Source: the human T2T-CHM13v2.0 reference genome, Homo sapiens. From it: DNA of 64,000 nucleotides. Shown piece by piece: positions 57,300-64,000 of the stretch (the stretch's first letter is position 1; every line of letters begins with the position of its first letter). The notes below the pieces were generated by a model, which saw nothing but the letters and a program-made list of their open reading frames with translations, had not been told where the DNA came from and searched no databases. Position numbers and translations under genes: made by a program. The stretch lies in the NCBI RefSeq assembly GCF_009914755.1, contig NC_060926.1, one strand, 5' to 3'.

Positions 57300-60089
57300 C
57301 CACTAATTGCTATATGATTATTATTTTTGACAATACCCTTGGGCACTGCACGCAGTTTGATCCAATGTAAGTCTGGCTGTTTGTCAGGGGAAGAGTGTTG
57401 CCAATTTTTAAGGCTTGCTCTGACTCTTCCCTGGGCAGAACAACTAAACTATGGAGCACCAGCTGGGGTGGGGTGGTGGTGGAGATAAGAAACTTATTCT
57501 TTATTGCTTTCCCACCAGCATCCCCCCTATAAAGCAGGAACTGTGTCTATGTGTATATATGAGGAGGCAAGGGGACTGGTGCTGCCACCCAACTACTGCC
57601 ACTGCCCAATATGGATCTTCAGTAGCTCAGACCTAAAAAGGATGGGTTCCACCAATATTCACTGATTGCCAAATCTACCTGGAATGGGTCTTCCAGCTGA
57701 GGAATCTAGGGGAGATGGGAGCAACCCTTTGGCTGTCAAGCCCACTGGAGCAGTTCTTTTACAATGCTGATCTGTTCAGGAAACTGAGTCTGTACTCTTC
57801 ACCAGCTGGCCCACTTGGATACTCCCTGTGTAATGGGAATTGGGATTGGGGTGACAGATGCCATCTGGCTGCCACTACCTACTCAATATAGGCCTTCCAC
57901 AGTAGGGAGTGTGGAAAATGGGATCTGCCAAAATTCAGCAGCTACCCAAACCACACAGAATAGCTCTTCTATGCTAGGGAGCTGGAAGAGATAAGAATGT
58001 CCCGTGGTTGCCGAACCCACTGAAATAATTCTTCTCAAGGCAGTTATATGGGGTCAGGTACAGTCCCTAGCTCAAATGCTGTACCTCCCAGTGTTCTTAC
58101 CAAGTTTACAAACATTTTATTGAATAAATCCCTCTCAATTTGTTATAAGCCCATTGATCAACCTCCACAGAGTCTGAGTGACTGTCTTTGTTAGCTCTGG
58201 CCTGCTTAATATATGTTTTTCAGGGGAGGTGTTCCTCAAGCGCCTCAGAATGCCATTCTGGAAGCCAGGGTATTTTATTTTTTGATGCTATTGTGAGTGA
58301 AATTGTTTTCTTAACTTGCTTCTCATGTTCCTTGCTGGGATATAGAAATATATATACTCTCTTTTTAAAGTTTTAAGGCAAGACTTCCATAGTCTCACCA
58401 CTTATTAGTAGCATGATCCTGCAGAGTTCAAGCTGAAGACATAAGGCCCCTCTTGCCTATGGTACCTTTTCACCTGGCATGTCTTTGGTATGTTTCAGAG
58501 AGGGAAGAAGAGTGAATTCAACATAAAGTGCTTTCTCTAGGACTTAAAGAATTCCTCTGTTGGGCTGCATATTAGTAAAAAGATCATTAGCTTGCCGGAA
58601 AGAGATAGCTACTAAAGCTAGCATGAGGGGAAAAATGACATTTAATAAAATTTAAAGGCAAGAAAGGGACAGCCACTAAGAATTTTACTTTTTAGAGATG
58701 TGCTCTTTTATGTTTACCCTTTTTTTTCTGGGCTTTTCTTCCTCCCTCACCTTCTCCTTTCCTCCCTTTCTTTCCAGACTGCCTTGGCTCCCCAACCTTG
58801 GCTATGCATGTTCTTCTAGTTCAAGTGATCCATGAGCTGAAACTAGGCTCCAAGTAATTAGAAGGCAGAATCAGATTGGCTAATCATGCAGTCAGATGTC
58901 CATTCCTGATCCAATCATCCATGGCCACAGTGCAGGCATATGCAGGCCTGCTCTTCCCCAGAAGAGATTGTGAGGGCCAGGTGGAAATGATACTTGTTTC
59001 AACCTTCATGTACCTCAGTACCCATTTTCTAAAGCAGTAGGAGAATATCATTGTGAATCTTTAACTTTTTAGGGATGTTTCAAGCCACTGTCAGGACTTT
59101 TTATCCTTAATGTCTAAGGCAGCTGGATGAAAACTGATTGGAGCTGAAAGTCAGTAATTTGTAGCTGTCAGGTGAGCTCCTTTGTCTACAGGGAGAAAAA
59201 CCATGGAGAATTTTGATTACTCAAATATAGATTAAAAATACACAGGCTGTATAGATTTCTGAGCATAAATGAGAGACTTTGAGATAAAAACCATCCAGTA
59301 TAGTGTAGGGTTAACATACAAAAATAGCAATCTGGGCCTCCCAATGCCCCACCTACCCCTTGACCACCCTGGCTCCTTCCGCTAGACTGGCTCCTTGAAC
59401 TACCCCAGACTTCCTCAAAATCCTGCAAACTAATGGTTAATACATGGTGTATTAGGAGGCCTCGCCAGACTCTGTGACTATCTGATTAATCAGTGCTTTG
59501 CTATACTAGTTTTTAAATATTTTGATAATTGCTGCTAAGGTGGTTAATACAGTCTTTGGAATTAGGAGCTATGTGATCCTGAGCTCATTTTTCTTATTTC
59601 TTTCCAGATAATTAATTAATAAGTATTTTTGCCCTCTTCCTGATATTTTAGTTGTCTGTATAATAAGCTTAGCAATTGGGTTTGATTTAATTCAAAACTA
59701 TACCTGAAATTTAATAAAATATTATTTACTTTTTAAGCCAGGGAATCTTCCCTATCACCTCAAAAGTACTAAAGTTATGCCTTCCTCTAGCTTTTCTCGT
59801 TATGAAGGACAGTAGACTTGATAGGAGGTGTTAACAATGCTAAACATAGTGCTAAGGAAATTCATTTTACTCCTCTGTTGGGAGGTGCTGGTGGGGTAGG
59901 GAACAAATTAACAAGGAGAGAGGGGTAATTATTAAGTACGTAAAAGTTTCCCAAATCAAATTAGCACTTGAAAACACAGAGGCACATGGGCTTTTCTTCT
60001 TTAGGCATATCTCATGTTCTGTTGTAAAAATGCTGCAACATTTCCATAGTGATGAGATTTAATTTGTAATTGCAGAAGGGTCCCATTCT

Positions 60090-60553
60090 TACTAGAAACG
60101 TAAAATCTGTAAAAATTGTAAGTTGTCAGAATCAAAATGGAGTCACTTGGGTTAAAAACTCGGACAAAGAGAGCTGGGAAAGGCCTTGAAGAAATGGTTC
60201 TCATGCATGAATGCCTAATCAAGAAACTCTCACCAAAGACTGCAAAACCACAGCCTTGCACAAAGGCTACCACAACCTTAAACAAAAATACACTTCTTTG
60301 AGGACAACTGCCCAGTAACTGCCTGTCCAACCTCAGACTGATGCCACCCTTGTTACTGATCCTGGCAGCCAAGGATGATTAATCTTAAAACAATTATGTA
60401 ATCCCTCTCAATTTTTTTTAAAAACTTTGTCTTTCCAAAATAGGCACATAATTTATTATATATGACACATATTTTCCCAGTGCAAAGCCCATTCCCAAAT
60501 AAACATCATTTTCTTTTAGAGAGTTCACCTCTCTGTTTGTTATTTAAATTGAT
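60090..60553 (+). mobile_element. ERV1 MER4-group solo LTR (MER72-like)
   Basis: 'tgtcagaatcaaaatggagtcact', 'gccttgcacaaagg', 'gccacccttgtta', 'cccaaataaacatcattttc'. Confidence 0.75.
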
Positions 60554-62969
60554 AAGCCCTATGAGTAAATGCAGTAAACTTGGAAAATTTGGTAAATTTA
60601 ATTCTGGCAATTAGTGTTTTTATTGTTTTCTTCCCTATTCCTCTTTATGCATTTAAAAAATGTTTATAGGTTCTTCTCTTGGTATTTCACTCTTTCTTTG
60701 GATTTGGGAAATTCCTTCATGGGTTGTTTTAACATGAAGCCTCATCTGATTGTTCAGATTACTCCTTTCTCATTTTTCTCTAAGTAATAATTTTATCTTG
60801 GTGCATTATTAGAATTCCTTGAGAATTTTCCATCTTTCCTTAAACTTCTGGTCTTTGCTGGATATTCCTAAAGACTACATTATAGAGCAACTGCCCTACC
60901 GATTCCTAGGATGCTTTGTTGCAGTTGAAATATGCTTCCCAAATAATTGTTATAGGACTGTTCTTAGTGCTACAAATTTAATTAATTTTGTTGCCAGCAT
61001 CCACTCTTCCAGGCTTGTAGTTAATGACTTACTGTTGGATTGTAATAAACCCATGACTAAGTCTCTATTTGCTTTCTTGAGTTTTGGAAACTAAGGACTC
61101 TCCTCTATGAAGCTCAAATGCTTTCTGAGGACTGTTGGGCTGTGCCAGTGACACAAAACATGATTACCAAATTAAAGTCTCTGAAAATCAGATCTGGAGA
61201 TCTTTTTATCTTTTCTAGAAATGTAAGTCATCTTGAGTGAAAAGCTTCACTTTCATCTTTTTTGTAACATGGCCATCTAATAGTATTTTACATAGGTACA
61301 TTTTCCCTTTAGTGTCTGAATTACAAACAATCGATTTCCATACATCCCTTTAATAAAACATCTGCGAAGAATGTAACTGCAAGGTGATCTTTTCTTACCA
61401 CCCTTCATTCACTTTCTTCTTGTTGTGCTGCACAAAGGCTGCCACAACCTTCCACAAAACCTTGTCCCACTGTTTGGAGAAACTCCATTATTCCTCCCTA
61501 TAGCATAACGATTCTTGAACTTGTCTCATTGTCACTTCCTTCTTCTTCCAAGGCCAGTTTTTCCCGGGGGACCCCAATGGTTAAAAGAAAAGGGAAAAGT
61601 GAGGTTTGTATGACAAGGAGATTCTTGTGCCACTGAGTGTGGCTGTTCCTAGCATCTGTTGTTCCTCTTACCAGTCTCCAAGTGCCATGTGGAAGCTGGT
61701 CACTCTTTATACTGCCCTGTCTCCCAAACACTGCCCCTGTTCTTCATTCTATCATCCAAGTTCCTACCCAGTTTCTTAACATTCTGAGAGAGCCTATTGT
61801 AGTAGTTGGGAGTTTTTCAACTGCAAACGAAATGACTCTGAAAAAGTGATAAACAAAATTGGATATTTAATTTACTGTTACAGAATAGAAAGGCTTCAGG
61901 CCAGTTTGATCCAGGTGCTCATGCTCTGCCATTTAAAATCTGCCTCTCTACAACTCTATATTCTGATTACAGTAATCTAGAATTTTGACTGTGGAACTTG
62001 GCTAAGCAGGCTGTTTTCTTCTCTTTAACACAAAATAACTCACTTTTTCTTTAGTCATTGCCCAACCAGTTTATCTACCCTCAGCTCTGAGCATGAGAAT
62101 CTTCATATTTACTGCTTGAATGATGGGAATAAGAATGTGTTCTTGGCACTACTGAGTTGGACTATCAATTGCATTTTCTCACAGAGGTATTTTACTTATT
62201 TACACTTAAGTTCTGCCTTGCTTCAAAAAAAAATGATTTAAGATGGAAAAGGATTGTTGTACATGGCAGAGAGCTTCAAAGTACTCCTGAAATTGTATGT
62301 AAGGTACTTTATAGATTTATGTAGATGGGCTGAGACTGACCCAACATCCAATCGCCATTTTTAACATTTTATCTAAGGGATGTGGATACCAAGTGAAAAA
62401 TTATTTACAGATGAAATTTTTTTTAGCACAGTCTGGTCAGACTTACAGAGAACTATCTTTATTTCCTTTCATGTCTGTAGCTAACTGAATTTCACTGTGC
62501 ATTCTACATTAGATTTTCTCATTATGTTTGTACAAATGCTTTACTTAATAAGCACTTTATCTCTTGTATTTTGAGCCAGATCCTTAGTCTAAGTGAATCA
62601 TATTGTACAGTTTTCTAGCTATCTTGCTACTTCACTACTGAAATCTTGTGCATGTATAACAGCATTGACTAATCCTAGCTAATGTCTATATGCCCTTCTC
62701 CCCAGATATAAAATACGTATGCTTCAGTATCCCCAGGCCTTATCAACCTGTGGAAAAAATGAGTTCTCATTACTAATTATACTTAAATCAGGCTGACACA
62801 TTGTCCCATCTGCTCAAGCAGGAAACCAGCTTCCCAGAAAATCTCCCTATCTCTGCCATTCCTCTACCTCTGAAAGTATACTTGGGAATTCCTACAGAGT
62901 ATTTTTATGTGGGTTCAAAAAGCCCATACCCCCCAGGGGATTCCATTCTCCCATGAGAGAGAGAATTAG

Positions 62970-63200
62970 CTCTGTTTTTGAGAGCATAAGCCCTGGACTT
63001 AATCTACCTGTGATTGAATCCTGGTGCCACCATTTAGGTACATGACCTTGGACTATTTGCTTAACTTCTCTAAACTTCAGCTTGTTAACTGGAAAGTGGT
63101 GATTGTTTTAGGGTTAAGTGAGTTAATGCATTTGGAGTACTTGGAAAGTATCTGACCTATATTAAGAGCCCCATAAAGATTACTCACTGTTATTATCCAC
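62970..63200 (+). mobile_element. MIR SINE
   Basis: 'gaatcctggtgccaccattt...tgaccttgg...ttaacttctct...gagttaatgcat'. Confidence 0.75.
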
Positions 63201-64000
63201 CACGTCTTCTGTTGCTGCTTCTCTTTTTTTAAGCCCCACCCCCCGACTTGAATGCTAGCACACGGTTTTAAAAATCTGCCAATCCAGCAGGTATCCATAG
63301 GGTCCTCAATGCTCCAGATCATTGTGTATTCATCACAGAAGTGGGAAGAGGGTCCCTGCTTACATTTGGCTCAAGTGCTTTCCTTAGAGCTGGTTGAGGT
63401 TAAGGTGGCTAAGATCCCTTGCATTTTCCATCTCTTTTTCAGGCTCTAGTACATTAAAAGCTACCTTTGTGCAGGTACCCTTCACCTCATGTAAATCAGT
63501 CAGTATGACCAGAAGCCTGGACAGGGATGAGAGTAGGAATGTAGTCCAGCCACTTAACCCCACCTCAGTGACTTCCCTTTACTGTCAACCATGATCTCTG
63601 CAAGCAGAAGGAACCATTTTCTCCATTGCACTTACTACCTTAATGTATCTTAATTTTAGTTGTCTGTATATTAAGTGAATTAATAGACTGAATTCAGGTA
63701 TTTAAAGTCAAAACCTCTTATTTTCCTTTTTACATGTAGATATTTCAGTGTATTTTAACCCCTCAATCCTACAATTTATTCTGCTTTTTTTGGCCTTGAA
63801 AAAGTGGTATTTATAAACAATTATGCTATGCAAAATAATTAAATTATTTTTATAGCAAAAGTGACAATTAACTTAGTAAATACATTTTTAACAATATTAA
63901 AATTTTAATTTCAGAGTAACTATTTTTGATTGAATGGAGAGTTTTGGTGGTCTGGATAGAAGATCAAGTCACCCATATTTCTTTAAGCTGAAGTCTAATC

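Larger units (their letters stand above)
52770..58268 (-). mobile_element. Old LINE-1 (L1MC/L1MD-like) with internal deletions and nested MER50, MLT1 and Alu
   Basis: 3' end 'ttcaccctttttaagtgtacaattg'; ORF2 remnants (ORFs 53025-53213, 54692-54889); 5'-end-like 'gccattctggaag' near 58260. Confidence 0.8.

Overview
Primate (human-like) nuclear DNA dominated by interspersed repeats. I can support no host protein-coding exon, RNA gene, CRISPR array or prokaryotic feature. Nearly all ORFs in the track are L1 ORF1/ORF2 remnants, Alu-derived, or random. The window holds four large L1s: an L1PA4/5-like copy (+, 1-4219), an apparently full-length L1MA2/3-like copy (-, 9109-18685) carrying four nested insertions, a 3'-truncated L1PA15/16- or L1PB-like copy (+, 40608-46480), and a deleted L1MD-like copy (-, 52770-58268). 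It also holds Alus, MaLR/ERVL/ERV1 solo LTRs, hAT MITEs, MIRs and L2s. The most notable items are: a ~177 bp ancient mitochondrial ATP6 NUMT just upstream of the ORF1 start of the 40.6-kb L1; a perfect 37-bp-arm inverted repeat at 24689-24788; a 157-bp local duplication inside the L1MA 5'UTR; a MaLR/MLT2 composite bounded by one 5-bp TSD; and a TE-poor stretch with p53-, Maf- and AP-1-type motifs. I see no convincing evidence of a new biological system. Subfamily names come from recalled consensus sequences and need RepeatMasker/Dfam confirmation.
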